Positions 17,119 to 25,808 of a DNA stretch of 38,924 nt are shown piece after piece. Under the pieces are notes generated by a model. It was not told where the DNA came from. It did not search any database and saw only the letters and a list, made by a program, of their open reading frames with translations. Every line of letters begins with the position of its first letter. The stretch's first letter is position 1. A program made the translations under genes and the position numbers. This stretch comes from a virus (taxonomy: Duplodnaviria; Caudoviricetes): IMG/VR virus record IMGVR_UViG_3300003972_000015, positions 1 through 38,924 of that record; one strand, given 5' to 3'.

Positions 17119-17699
17119 TGCTACTCACCGAAAAACTGCGCGCCGGCCACGTCCGGCGTTGGCACATCGTAGCGATGGCCCGTGAGCAGACGGTTGCCGA
17201 GCACATGTACCGGGTGGGCGTTATCGCCGAGGAGATCCTGCGCATCATTGGCCGGTTCAACTGGGACGACAACCTCACCCTGAACACCATGCGATGGGCC
17301 ACTATCCACGACCGGCATGAGTTCCTGCTCGGGGACCTGCCGACGCCTGGCAAGGACGCCTTGCGCGCCGCCGAGTCGGCCACCGGGGCGGGGGCCATCG
17401 CTCGCGCCTGTGCGGCCATCGACCCGGAGGCCGAGGAGCTACGGCAGTGCGTCAAGCCGGGCGGCGAGTGCCCGCTGGCCGGGTATATCGTCAAATATGC
17501 CGATTTGCTGGAGGCCGTGAACTACGTCGGCATCTTCGGCTGTGGTAGCCACGCCCGGGAGGTGTGGCGTGGCCTGCGGGACTCGGCCGAGGCGGCGTGT
17601 GACGCCGTGGCCCGAGCCGCGGGTGGCCTCGATCCTCATCAGGAGCAGCAGCTGCGCAGCCTGCTGCATGTTTTGGCTGAAGGAACCCAGTGGAAATGA
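17118..17699 (+). CDS. datZ: DatZ, HD-domain dATP triphosphohydrolase
   Basis: VRRWH...QTVAEHMYRV, IHD.HE...GDLPTP.K and IVKYADLLEA; TGATG coupling within the purZ operon. Confidence 0.85.
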   Translation: MLLTEKLRAGHVRRWHIVAMAREQTVAEHMYRVGVIAEEILRIIGRFNWDDNLTLNTMRWATIHDRHEFLLGDLPTPGKDALRAAESATGAGAIARACAAIDPEAEELRQCVKPGGECPLAGYIVKYADLLEAVNYVGIFGCGSHAREVWRGLRDSAEAACDAVARAAGGLDPHQEQQLRSLLHVLAEGTQWK

Positions 17700-18394
17700 A
17701 CGCCAACGAGTTTGCGAAGAGCATCGACCAACTGTACGAGCGCCTGAAGGCCCTGACCGCATCCAAGGGCGAGGAATACAAACGCCGCGAGGATAACCAG
17801 TTCGCCAATTTCGAGCGCGGGGCGCAGGCGCTGGGCCTGACTCGTGAGCAGGTCCTGATGGTCTATCTGTCCAAGCACATGGACTCGATCACCACCTACG
17901 TGAAGGACCGGGCGGCCGGGCAGGAGAGGGTGTACTCCGAGCCGATCACCGGCCGGATCGATGACGCCATTCTGTACCTGCTGCTGTTACGCGGCATGGC
18001 CGTCGAGAACGAGGGGGTGGCCCGCGCTATCGAGACCCAGGCCACGGTGGGGATCGGCGGCGTGACCACTCCCCGCCGCACGGCTGGTGTCGGGGCGCCC
18101 GTCGTGGTGGCCAGCACGTCCCAGAGTGCTGCCCAGCAGGAATGCCGCTCCCGCGGCCTCCCGGTGGGCACGGCGGCCATTATGTACCCGGACCAGCTGC
18201 ACGGGTACAAGTCCGGCACCCACGTGGTCTACGTGCACCTGCCGGGGTCCACCGAGTCTGTCATCATGCTCGGTCAGTTCCGGGCCCGGGCCGAGAAGCA
18301 GGGCCTGTCGTTCGAGGTCGTCGAGCGTCAGCTGGAAGGCGCGGGGTTGGCCGGCGCCGCCCCGGCGGAGCGCGAGGGGGGGCCGCAGGCATGA
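17696..18394 (+). CDS. Helical nucleotide-modification-associated-like protein with an extra C-terminal domain
   Basis: KGEEY.....QFANF, YLSKHMDSI and EPITGRIDDAILYLLLL resemble DUF1599/Nmad1-like all-alpha domains; ATGA overlap with datZ. Confidence 0.55.
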   Translation: MNANEFAKSIDQLYERLKALTASKGEEYKRREDNQFANFERGAQALGLTREQVLMVYLSKHMDSITTYVKDRAAGQERVYSEPITGRIDDAILYLLLLRGMAVENEGVARAIETQATVGIGGVTTPRRTAGVGAPVVVASTSQSAAQQECRSRGLPVGTAAIMYPDQLHGYKSGTHVVYVHLPGSTESVIMLGQFRARAEKQGLSFEVVERQLEGAGLAGAAPAEREGGPQA

Positions 18395-18660
18395 GCAGGG
18401 GCAGGGCGAAGACTCCGGCAATGATGACGGCTGCGCAGGCCAGGGGCCTGCGGGTAGGGGACGAGGTGTTCGTCATCCGCCTGTGGAACGCTACCGAACC
18501 GCCGCGTAACCGGGTACCGCGGCCCACCCGGGTGGTGTCTACGAGGCCGGACCCGCGCACGCCGGGCGGGGTGTTGGTGACGGTCGAGACTTCCTGCGGC
18601 GGGCGCATTGAGCTGGACTCGGGGTGGCTGGAGGCGCCAGAATTGGAGGGGCCCTTGTGA
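18391..18660 (+). CDS. Small hypothetical protein (SH3-like beta pattern)
   Basis: Start and stop both overlap neighbouring genes; LRVGDEVFV motif. Confidence 0.6.
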   Translation: MSRGRAKTPAMMTAAQARGLRVGDEVFVIRLWNATEPPRNRVPRPTRVVSTRPDPRTPGGVLVTVETSCGGRIELDSGWLEAPELEGPL

Positions 18661-19148
18661 GCAAGCGAGACCCCGAGCAACAGCTGTGGGACGACATCCG
18701 GGGCGCCATGGTCGGCCGGTGGCATGCCCAGCGCCACGAGGACCGGTATTCTACCGGCATCCCGGATGTGTCGTTCGGGATCGGGAGGCGTTCGGACGGA
18801 TGGGTGGAGCTGAAGTACCTGCCAAAATGGCCGGCCTCGAGGATGGCCTGCAACAAACCGTGGGACTTCAGCTACGACCACTTCACTGCCGAGCAGCGTA
18901 ACTGGATGTCCCTGCGCGCCCGCCACGGCACCGGCCGGGTGTTCTTGATTTGTAGATTCGGTGACACCTGCACGCTAGTGTGGAACTGGGCGCGCATCGA
19001 GAAGCTGTTGGGCGTCGCCCCGCTGGACAAGGTCGTGAAGGCGGCCTCCGCGCAGTGGTGGCACGCCCCCATTGACCCGGAAGAACTGGAGCAGGTCCTG
19101 TCCGGCAACCGGATCATCCCGCCGAGATTTCGAATCCCTACGCCCTAG
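18657..19148 (+). CDS. PD-(D/E)XK nuclease (VRR-NUC / Holliday junction resolvase-like)
   Basis: PEQQLW, GIPDV, WVELK and TAEQRNW motifs. Confidence 0.8.
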   Translation: MSKRDPEQQLWDDIRGAMVGRWHAQRHEDRYSTGIPDVSFGIGRRSDGWVELKYLPKWPASRMACNKPWDFSYDHFTAEQRNWMSLRARHGTGRVFLICRFGDTCTLVWNWARIEKLLGVAPLDKVVKAASAQWWHAPIDPEELEQVLSGNRIIPPRFRIPTP

Positions 19149-19157
19149 GAGGGCAGC

Positions 19158-19949
19158 ATGCCTAGCCACATCTACACCATCGACTTCGAAACCACCTCAC
19201 AGGACGCCTCGGAGGCGTACGCCATCGAGGTGGCGCTGGCCAGCCCTGATGACCTGGAGTGTTACGAGCAGTCCTTCATTGCTCTGCCCGAGGGCGTGAC
19301 CATCCCGCCGGAGACTTCGGCGGTCCACCACATCATCGACGAGGACCTAGTGGGCGCCCCCGACTGGGACGCGGTGGTGGCGGGGCTGGTGGTCTCCGTT
19401 ACGCAGGGCCATCAGCTTGATATGGGCGACGTGGTGATGGTCGCACATAATGCCGACTACGAGCGTGCCGTGCTGGCCGGGACCGACTTTGACCGGGCCC
19501 AGTGGATCTGCACGTTCAAGTGCGCCCTGATCGCGTTCCCGGACGCTCCGAGCCACAGCAACGAGGGCCTGCGGTACTGGTTGCGGCTCGGCAAGCGTGG
19601 CCGCTCCGGCCCGATCGCGACCCACTCGGCACTGCACGACTGCAAGGTCACGGCTAGTTTGTTCAACGCCCTGTACGGGTGGTTCTACGTCAGCCTGTCC
19701 AAGGAGGGCGTGATCGGCCCCGGGGCCGGCATCCACTCGGACGAAGCCCGGCGGGCCATCATCGCACGGATGGTGGCCATCTCCAGCGAGATTGCGCAGT
19801 TGCCCCGTTGCCCGATCGGCAAGGAACGGGGCAAGCGGTGGTCGGAAATCGACGAGGGGTTCTTGCTGTGGGCGCTGAAGCAGCCCGACATGCGCGAGGA
19901 CGTGAAGCACTCGGCCAGGAAAGAGCTGGACCGCCGCGCCGGCCGGTGA
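19158..19949 (+). CDS. DEDDh 3'-5' exonuclease (exonuclease X-like)
   Basis: IDFETT, AHNADYE, WICT, HSALHD, and a C-terminal PIGKERGKRWSEI segment. Confidence 0.85.
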   Translation: MPSHIYTIDFETTSQDASEAYAIEVALASPDDLECYEQSFIALPEGVTIPPETSAVHHIIDEDLVGAPDWDAVVAGLVVSVTQGHQLDMGDVVMVAHNADYERAVLAGTDFDRAQWICTFKCALIAFPDAPSHSNEGLRYWLRLGKRGRSGPIATHSALHDCKVTASLFNALYGWFYVSLSKEGVIGPGAGIHSDEARRAIIARMVAISSEIAQLPRCPIGKERGKRWSEIDEGFLLWALKQPDMREDVKHSARKELDRRAGR

Positions 19950-19963
19950 AGCGGGGGGCGTGA

Positions 19964-20035
19964 GCCGACGAACGGTAATTGCGGCCTCTGTAAGGGGATG
20001 TTATAATTTGTTCATGGTCGGGACTCCCCGGCCCC
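19964..20035 (+). promoter_or_regulatory. Boxed early promoter, copy 4, with leader hairpin
   Basis: Box, then TTGCGG-17-TATAAT, then a GGTCGGG..CCCGGCC hairpin. Confidence 0.8.
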
Positions 20036-20051
20036 GATAGAGGATAGAGAG

Positions 20052-20285
20052 ATGATCAAGGCCCGCCACAACAACGGTTCTGCCCTCACCGCCAAGGCCA
20101 ACCGCGCGCTGCGTGCAGCTGGGATTGAGGGCGTGAAGGTCAAGTCCAACGGCTACCTGCAGGGCGGCACAGTGTCGGGTTCGGTCGCGGCCCTGATCCT
20201 CGCCCGGCCGGTGTTGGAGCAGGCGGGCCTTGAAGTCTCCCCGCTGGTAACCTACAGCTGGGGGACGCAGTTCTACATTGCGTGA
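20052..20285 (+). CDS. Hypothetical early protein
   Basis: First gene after the promoter and ATAGAG motif. Confidence 0.7.
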   Translation: MIKARHNNGSALTAKANRALRAAGIEGVKVKSNGYLQGGTVSGSVAALILARPVLEQAGLEVSPLVTYSWGTQFYIA

Positions 20286-20326
20286 CCGACAATAATCCCG
20301 GGCGGCATCCAATAGAGGATAGAGAG

Positions 20327-20560
20327 ATGAAGAAGACTGAAGTGCCCCGCGCCAACGTCGAGCGCGCCACCGCCCCGCTACAGGTCGAGGTCGAGGCGCT
20401 GCGGGCGGAGGTGGAGAGGCTGCGGGAGGCGCTGGAGTGCATGGTCATCGGGGCCTGCGCAGTAGCAGTCCCGCACAATGGCGAACGAGCTGTATTGCAA
20501 GATGCAGTAAACATCGCCCGAGTCGCCCTCGCCGCCTACCGCAAGGGAGGTAAGCGATGA
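20327..20560 (+). CDS. Hypothetical protein with coiled-coil module
   Basis: ATAGAG motif upstream; contains EVERLREAL. Confidence 0.7.
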   Translation: MKKTEVPRANVERATAPLQVEVEALRAEVERLREALECMVIGACAVAVPHNGERAVLQDAVNIARVALAAYRKGGKR

Positions 20561-20919
20561 ACACGAACATCAAAGTGCCGCAGGAGCTGGATGAACTGGT
20601 GGAGGCGGCACGCCTGCTTGGCGCGACCCAGGCCAAAAAAGGGTTCGGCTGTCATACGGACGAAGACTGCCGATTCGAACGAGCCATGTACGAGAGCATA
20701 GACAAGCATCGCGCCGCCCTGCTCAACTGGGGGACCAAGCAGCCCGTGCCCCAGCAGCCCGCAGTCGTGGATGAGGCGATGGTGGAGCGCGCTTGTCGCC
20801 ACTGGTACAGCCGGTGGGATGAAGCGGATCAGGCGACCAAAATGGTGTGGGCGGAGATGATGTACGACCTGCTGGACGCCGCCCTCGCCGCCCAGCAGCA
20901 GGAGGCCCGCAATGGCTAA
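20557..20919 (+). CDS. Hypothetical mosaic protein
   Basis: GGAGGT RBS and ATGA overlap; contains VVDEAMVERA and AALAAQQQ segments. Confidence 0.7.
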   Translation: MNTNIKVPQELDELVEAARLLGATQAKKGFGCHTDEDCRFERAMYESIDKHRAALLNWGTKQPVPQQPAVVDEAMVERACRHWYSRWDEADQATKMVWAEMMYDLLDAALAAQQQEARNG

Positions 20920-21349
20920 CACCCCACGCCTTGTCACCATCAAACAAGCCGATGCCCTTGCGGAGTTGTACGTCTGGGATACGGTTGTCGAAATCTTGGA
21001 GGGCAGCACCGCGCCGAGAGATGCGAGCGGCCAAAAGGCGGCGAGAAAAGTCATCGCCATCGCGAAGGCGGAACAGAAGAAGCTGTTTCGCAAGTACGAC
21101 GCGGAGGCCCGCCATGACGACTTCGCCGCGCTACAGGCCGAGATTGAGCGGCTGCGGGAGGCACTGGCAGCACTGAAGGCCGAGAACGAGATGCTGCGCG
21201 AGGCGCTGAAGGACGCCGACAACGAGTTGGATTTGATCGATGAGGAGATGGACACGTGCGACCACTCGGTCGGAGTGTGCACGTGCTCGCACTGGAGCAT
21301 GCGGCGAAAGATGAAAGCCGCGCTGTCGAAGGGGAACAGCAATGACTGA
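20912..21349 (+). CDS. Hypothetical protein with coiled coil and Cys/His cluster
   Basis: AGGAGG RBS; contains EIERLREAL and [10 protein letters not shown]. Confidence 0.7.
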   Translation: MANTPRLVTIKQADALAELYVWDTVVEILEGSTAPRDASGQKAARKVIAIAKAEQKKLFRKYDAEARHDDFAALQAEIERLREALAALKAENEMLREALKDADNELDLIDEEMDTCDHSVGVCTCSHWSMRRKMKAALSKGNSND

Positions 21350-21998
21350 CCGCCAAGGAACGCATGGACACGACTGCTGGGGCTGGGGGCCGAAGCACTA
21401 CGAGTGCGCGGTGAGGGAGATCGAGCGGCTGGCTGCGCGGTTGACCGCAGAGACGAGCAACGCGCGGGGGGAGGTTGAGTACGAGTACGAGGTGTGGCAG
21501 GGTGACGCTTTGCAGGCTGGCGGCAGCACAACCGATTATGCCTCCGCCCAGTCCGAGGCCAACCACTACGCGATGATGTACGCCCAGGATGGGCCCGTCG
21601 AGGTGCGAATCTATGAGAAGCGCCTGCTCAGCGCCAACAAGATCGATCGTGACTGGCTGGCGGACGACCATGCGCACATCTGCTCCAAGCTGGCGGAGCA
21701 GTACAAAAGCGATCCCGTGTTGTTCGCGGCGCTCACGGACGCTGCGGCCATCATCCGCGACTTGATGCGCGAGTTGCGCCGAGAAACCGAGCGTCGGTGG
21801 GAGGGCAACCGACGTGCTGCACAAGAATATGTAGATGACATGCGCGACGTGTTGAAAGAGGCGGCTCGGGTTTGCAAGGACTTGGATGATGAAGCACTGG
21901 CGAAGGAAAACAGGCTAGCGTGCGGGGCCGAGTGTGCCGCCGCCATCGCAGACTTGGCCGCGCGAATGAATGTTCATTGTGAGGTCAACCATGAGTGA
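21342..21998 (+). CDS. Hypothetical mosaic protein
   Basis: 218 aa, overlapping both neighbours; N-terminus [17 protein letters not shown]. Confidence 0.7.
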   Translation: MTDRQGTHGHDCWGWGPKHYECAVREIERLAARLTAETSNARGEVEYEYEVWQGDALQAGGSTTDYASAQSEANHYAMMYAQDGPVEVRIYEKRLLSANKIDRDWLADDHAHICSKLAEQYKSDPVLFAALTDAAAIIRDLMRELRRETERRWEGNRRAAQEYVDDMRDVLKEAARVCKDLDDEALAKENRLACGAECAAAIADLAARMNVHCEVNHE

Positions 21999-22434
21999 GA
22001 AGCCTGTGGCGTCCATCAAGACGCTTGCAAGGTACGAGCCAGACATCGTGTATATCGGCACTGGCAAATACGTAGCCGAGTGTGTCCGTGCTGACGACGG
22101 CGACTACTATCTGGCCGCAGACGTGGACGCCGCCATCGAGGCGCTGCGGGAGGAGGTGGAGAGGCTGCGTGCTGATCGGGGTAGCCGAGAGCAGCAGACG
22201 GCCCATTCCGCAATCACTCACTGTGGCAACTGTGGCTGTGACTGGCTGGACAATGGGCTGAACCCTGTCGGCTGCCCTTACTGTAAGCAGTCCGCTGAGA
22301 TCGAGCGGCTGTCGGAGGCGTTGCGTGAACTGGTGGAAGTGTTCAGCGAGTCCGGCATGTACGACGAGGAAGTGTTCGCCAAGGCCCGCGCCGAGCTGGC
22401 GAGGGAGAACAACTCACGGGGAACCTCGCCATGA
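21991..22434 (+). CDS. Hypothetical protein with Zn-ribbon and coiled-coil modules
   Basis: GAGGT RBS; CGNCG...CPYC lies between two E[IV]ERL modules. Confidence 0.7.
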   Translation: MSEKPVASIKTLARYEPDIVYIGTGKYVAECVRADDGDYYLAADVDAAIEALREEVERLRADRGSREQQTAHSAITHCGNCGCDWLDNGLNPVGCPYCKQSAEIERLSEALRELVEVFSESGMYDEEVFAKARAELARENNSRGTSP

Positions 22435-22694
22435 GCATGCACCGCATGAAGGCCCTTGAGGCGTCCCTGTCCAAGATCGCCGGCGCCCCCGTGGAGGTCA
22501 CGATCCGAGGCAACGGCAAGTTCACATTCAGCATGGACGGCGACCACCGCGCCGCCGCCGAGCGCCTGGCGGCCGACATTCACGCCAGCGGCGCCAAGGC
22601 TACGGTCGAGGTCAGCGACATCAGCGAGCCCGGATTCCCTGCCTTCATCACCTGCGTCTACGTCGAAGTGCTGAAACAGGAGGACACGCAATGA
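22431..22694 (+). CDS. Hypothetical protein
   Basis: ATGA overlaps at both ends; 87 aa. Confidence 0.65.
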   Translation: MSMHRMKALEASLSKIAGAPVEVTIRGNGKFTFSMDGDHRAAAERLAADIHASGAKATVEVSDISEPGFPAFITCVYVEVLKQEDTQ

Positions 22695-23134
22695 GGGAGA
22701 AAGCATTTATCTGCGACTTGTGTCGTACGCGGGTGGAGGAGACTAGGCGGGATCTTCAAGCTCGCGGTCTGTACCTGAACATCTACCTCCCGTGCTCAAA
22801 CCCGATGGGTGCAGTGAGCACAAACGGGAATTGGCAGAGTTCGGTAATCGAATACAAAGAAGTCTGCAACGAATGCCGAAAAGCAGTTGCAACTCAGATC
22901 GCCGCCGCTGTGAAGTCGCGGTTGGAACTGTCGGAACAGCGACAAAAGAGGGACGAGCAAGTGATGGAACAGTACCCGTTACCCCTCGCGCCGGCTGACG
23001 CAGAGGAAATTGGCTGGAACGAGTTGACGCCGCAGGAGCAGGTTTCGCTCATCCGCCAGGGCTATCGCCCGCCCGCGCTGACGGTCATGTCAAACGCGGC
23101 CTACACCGAACTGGAAGAACGGGGTGCCACATGA
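22691..23134 (+). CDS. Hypothetical Zn-finger-like protein
   Basis: AGGAGG RBS; CDLC...CNEC; visibly lower GC than neighbours. Confidence 0.65.
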   Translation: MREKAFICDLCRTRVEETRRDLQARGLYLNIYLPCSNPMGAVSTNGNWQSSVIEYKEVCNECRKAVATQIAAAVKSRLELSEQRQKRDEQVMEQYPLPLAPADAEEIGWNELTPQEQVSLIRQGYRPPALTVMSNAAYTELEERGAT

Positions 23135-23195
23135 GCATCCAGACGATCCACCGCAACAAGACGGGCGATGGTGCGCTGGGTGAAAAGGTGGCGTG

Positions 23196-23378
23196 ATGGA
23201 CCTGCGGAAAATAAGCGTTCCCTGGGCGCGCAGCCTGCTCGAACAGGGGTATCCGCCGGCAAAGGTGGCCCAGATGCTGCAGGAGTCCGCCAGCCACTAC
23301 ATGCGCCAGGCGGCCAAACACCAACACAGCGCCGATGCGATCCGCAAGGCGCTCAAAAAGAGGGAGTTCCAAGTATGA
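23196..23378 (+). CDS. Small hypothetical protein
   Basis: 60-aa helical ORF coupled by TGATG and ATGA overlaps. Confidence 0.5.
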   Translation: MDLRKISVPWARSLLEQGYPPAKVAQMLQESASHYMRQAAKHQHSADAIRKALKKREFQV

Positions 23379-23959
23379 CCAACAACACAGACCCGGTGCG
23401 GGCGCTGGTTGGCCAGTGGCGCGACGCCGCGGGGTTTTTCAAGGGCGATGCTGGCTCCGATATCCGAGAAACTCTTATGGCGTGTGCCAGCGAGCTGGAA
23501 GCCGCCCTCGCCCAGCAGCCCGCAGCGCCGAGCGGGGCTGTCAACGTCGTTGGAATGCCCGAGTTCGACGGCCTGCTGGACCACATCTATGAGCACGGAA
23601 CGACAGCCGATGGCGTGATCGAAAGGGCCAATGCACTCGCTAGGGCCGTTCTTGCGCGGTACGCACCCCATCAGCCCGCGGGCGTGATGCCGGATGGGAT
23701 CAGCGACGACGTAATCAAGGCCGTTTGGCGGGCCGCGATGACCAGCGCGCACAACGTATGCGTCAACCGCAGCAACCGATGGAACGATGACGACGGCCCG
23801 GATGACCGGATCACCGAGGCAAACGAGTGCGCGAAAGAAATTGCCCACTGGCTTGAAGCCGACGAGGGGTTCATCGCTGAGATTCGCGCCGCCCTCGCCG
23901 CCCAGCAGCAGGGAGGCCGCGCCGATGGCTTCGCCGCCAACCGCCAGGAGGGGGAGTGA
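23375..23959 (+). CDS. Hypothetical mosaic protein
   Basis: GGGAG RBS; contains AALAQQPA and AALAAQQQ modules. Confidence 0.65.
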   Translation: MTNNTDPVRALVGQWRDAAGFFKGDAGSDIRETLMACASELEAALAQQPAAPSGAVNVVGMPEFDGLLDHIYEHGTTADGVIERANALARAVLARYAPHQPAGVMPDGISDDVIKAVWRAAMTSAHNVCVNRSNRWNDDDGPDDRITEANECAKEIAHWLEADEGFIAEIRAALAAQQQGGRADGFAANRQEGE

Positions 23960-24087
23960 TGCGCAGGCTGATCCGATTCCTGTTCGGCCCGAGCATGGCC
24001 GAACGCCAGCGCCGCATCCGCGAGGACCGCGCATTGATCGACGCAATTGACGCTTACCTGCGAGAGACGGAGGTGCCCCGTGGCTGA
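23959..24087 (+). CDS. Small hypothetical protein (42 aa)
   Basis: AGGAGG RBS and TGATG overlap; MRRLIRFLFGPSMAERQRRIREDRALIDAIDAYLRETEVPRG. Confidence 0.5.
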   Translation: MRRLIRFLFGPSMAERQRRIREDRALIDAIDAYLRETEVPRG

Positions 24088-24189
24088 CGTTGAGCTGCTG
24101 CCTTTGGGGAACGCCGCCCACCTCACCGCCATGGGTGTTGCCCGGCCGTGGCGGGTCTTCCGGTCCTCGGGCAAGGGAGGGCACGCCTA

Positions 24190-24720
24190 ATGCACGTGAT
24201 GAAAGTAGAAGTGGACTATTCCAACCTGCCGGAACCGCGGCGGGACTCATTCACCAAACAGGAGTGGGAGCAGCTGCTGCGTGATGCGCCGGGCGCGGGG
24301 CTGCCGTCGTGGGACGAAATTGAAGCGGGCCGCAACGCCCCTGAGGAAGAGAAATACCGCCGGTACTGGTACGCAACCGGACTGGTGACCATGGGCGAGG
24401 TGGCCGCGCTCTCGGCGTTTGGTTTCGAGCGGATTCACGTGTCCCGGGTGCGGGGCCTGTACTCGTCCCGCGACCCGGCCGATATTCTGGCGGCGGCCCA
24501 GAGCGGGTGTGCTCATACCCAGATCGACATCACGGTCCCTGGGGGCGTGGCCCTTACCAACATCGCCCGGGTCACATGGCTGGAAGACTGCTGTACCCAG
24601 CACCTGCAAAAACAGCTGGAGGCCGGGTGGAGGATCATCGCAGTGTGCCCGCCGAATGACGCCCGCAGGCCCACCTATATCCTGGGGCATACCGACCCCA
24701 ACGCCCGGGAGGTGATTTGA
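24190..24720 (+). CDS. Hypothetical phage protein
   Basis: GGAGG RBS; C-terminal LEDCCTQHLQKQLEAGWRIIAVCP...RRPTYILG. Confidence 0.7.
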   Translation: MHVMKVEVDYSNLPEPRRDSFTKQEWEQLLRDAPGAGLPSWDEIEAGRNAPEEEKYRRYWYATGLVTMGEVAALSAFGFERIHVSRVRGLYSSRDPADILAAAQSGCAHTQIDITVPGGVALTNIARVTWLEDCCTQHLQKQLEAGWRIIAVCPPNDARRPTYILGHTDPNAREVI

Positions 24721-25082
24721 TGCCAAGGCGCTCACCAAAGACTGCCACCCGTTACGACGTAGGTCACGGGGAGATGCTGACGATCCGCCAGATCGCCCTG
24801 ATCCTGAAAACCACGCCGGGGGTCGTCCGGAGCCGCGTCCAGCGCGGCTGGAAGGGGGAACAGCTACTTACCCCCGTGGGCCAGCGCGGCAACAAGGGAA
24901 GGCCGCGGACGCAGACGGCGGTATATGCCTACACGCTGGCCCTGAAGTTTGGCCGGCGCTGGCCGTCGACCATAGAGATCCTCGACACCATCCCGGTGGA
25001 CGACACCACCGCCATGTACTGGCGGGCCGCGATCCGGGACGCCCTGACCAAGCTGGCCGAAAGGGAGGCCCGGGGGAGGTGA
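24720..25082 (+). CDS. Putative HTH DNA-binding protein
   Basis: GEMLTIRQIALILKTTPGVVRSRVQRGW is HTH-like; basic protein; GGAGGTG RBS. Confidence 0.6.
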   Translation: MPRRSPKTATRYDVGHGEMLTIRQIALILKTTPGVVRSRVQRGWKGEQLLTPVGQRGNKGRPRTQTAVYAYTLALKFGRRWPSTIEILDTIPVDDTTAMYWRAAIRDALTKLAEREARGR

Positions 25083-25119
25083 GCGGGTACGGCGCCCGCC
25101 CAGTGCCCGAGGGGAGCCA

Positions 25120-25163
25120 GCCGACGAACGGTAATTGCGGCCTTTGCCGACGAATGTTATAAT
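25120..25163 (+). promoter_or_regulatory. Boxed early promoter, copy 5
   Basis: Box, then TTGCGG-17-TATAAT. Confidence 0.8.
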
Positions 25164-25194
25164 TACCCTGTAGTCCACCAATAGAGAATAGAGA

Positions 25195-25404
25195 ATGGAA
25201 ACGAACGCGATCCTCAAGGTCAAGGCCACCATCAAGTGCAACACCTGCGGTTGCAAGCTGCCCCGCGTCAAGTCTTTCAAGGTCAAGGCCACCACCGCAG
25301 AAGAGGCCAAGGCGGAAGTGGCCCCAAGGATCACCGAGTGGAAGCGCTCGCTCGTTGGTCAGAATTGCCGGGTTTGCGACTCGATCATCAAGGCGGTGGG
25401 CTAA
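25195..25404 (+). CDS. Small Zn-binding (CxxC...CxxC) protein
   Basis: CNTC and CRVC pairs; first gene after the promoter. Confidence 0.7.
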   Translation: METNAILKVKATIKCNTCGCKLPRVKSFKVKATTAEEAKAEVAPRITEWKRSLVGQNCRVCDSIIKAVG

Positions 25405-25733
25405 TGGACCCCCGCCTCCAGTCCTACATCGCCACCCGGGATAAGCGGGTGGCGAAGCTGCGTGGGTACGACCTCGCCCCCATGGCCCGCCAGTTCGCCG
25501 AATTGGTTGAACGCGGTGTGGTCAGGGTCGGGGGGCGTGCCACCAGCGGCCCCAAGACTGACCCCACGTGGATCGAGTTCGGGATGTGGAATGAAATTGT
25601 TCGCAAAGCCCGCGCGCTGGGCTATGTGATCGAGGAAACCAGCATCAAGCACGACAATGCATGGGCCACCAAAAGTGGTGGGTTCTGGGATGAGCGTGAG
25701 TACCGACTGGTGAAGCGAGCCGACGAACGGTAA
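25404..25733 (+). CDS. Hypothetical protein
   Basis: TAATG overlap; 109 aa. Confidence 0.65.
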   Translation: MDPRLQSYIATRDKRVAKLRGYDLAPMARQFAELVERGVVRVGGRATSGPKTDPTWIEFGMWNEIVRKARALGYVIEETSIKHDNAWATKSGGFWDEREYRLVKRADER

Positions 25734-25792
25734 TTGCGCCCTTTGTCAGGGCATGGTACAATTTGTCTATGGTCGGGATCGCCCCGGCCCCC
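25719..25792 (+). promoter_or_regulatory. Boxed early promoter, copy 6, with leader hairpin
   Basis: Box, then TTGCGC-17-TACAAT, then a GGTCGGG..CCCGGCC hairpin. Confidence 0.8.
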
Positions 25793-25808
25793 AATAGAGG
25801 ATAGAGAG

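Noticed and set aside
23131-23196. Tiny coupled ORFs (21 aa at 23131-23196 and 36 aa at 24080-24190)
   Set aside because: The start/stop overlaps are suggestive, but the ORFs are too short to support as genes without conservation data.
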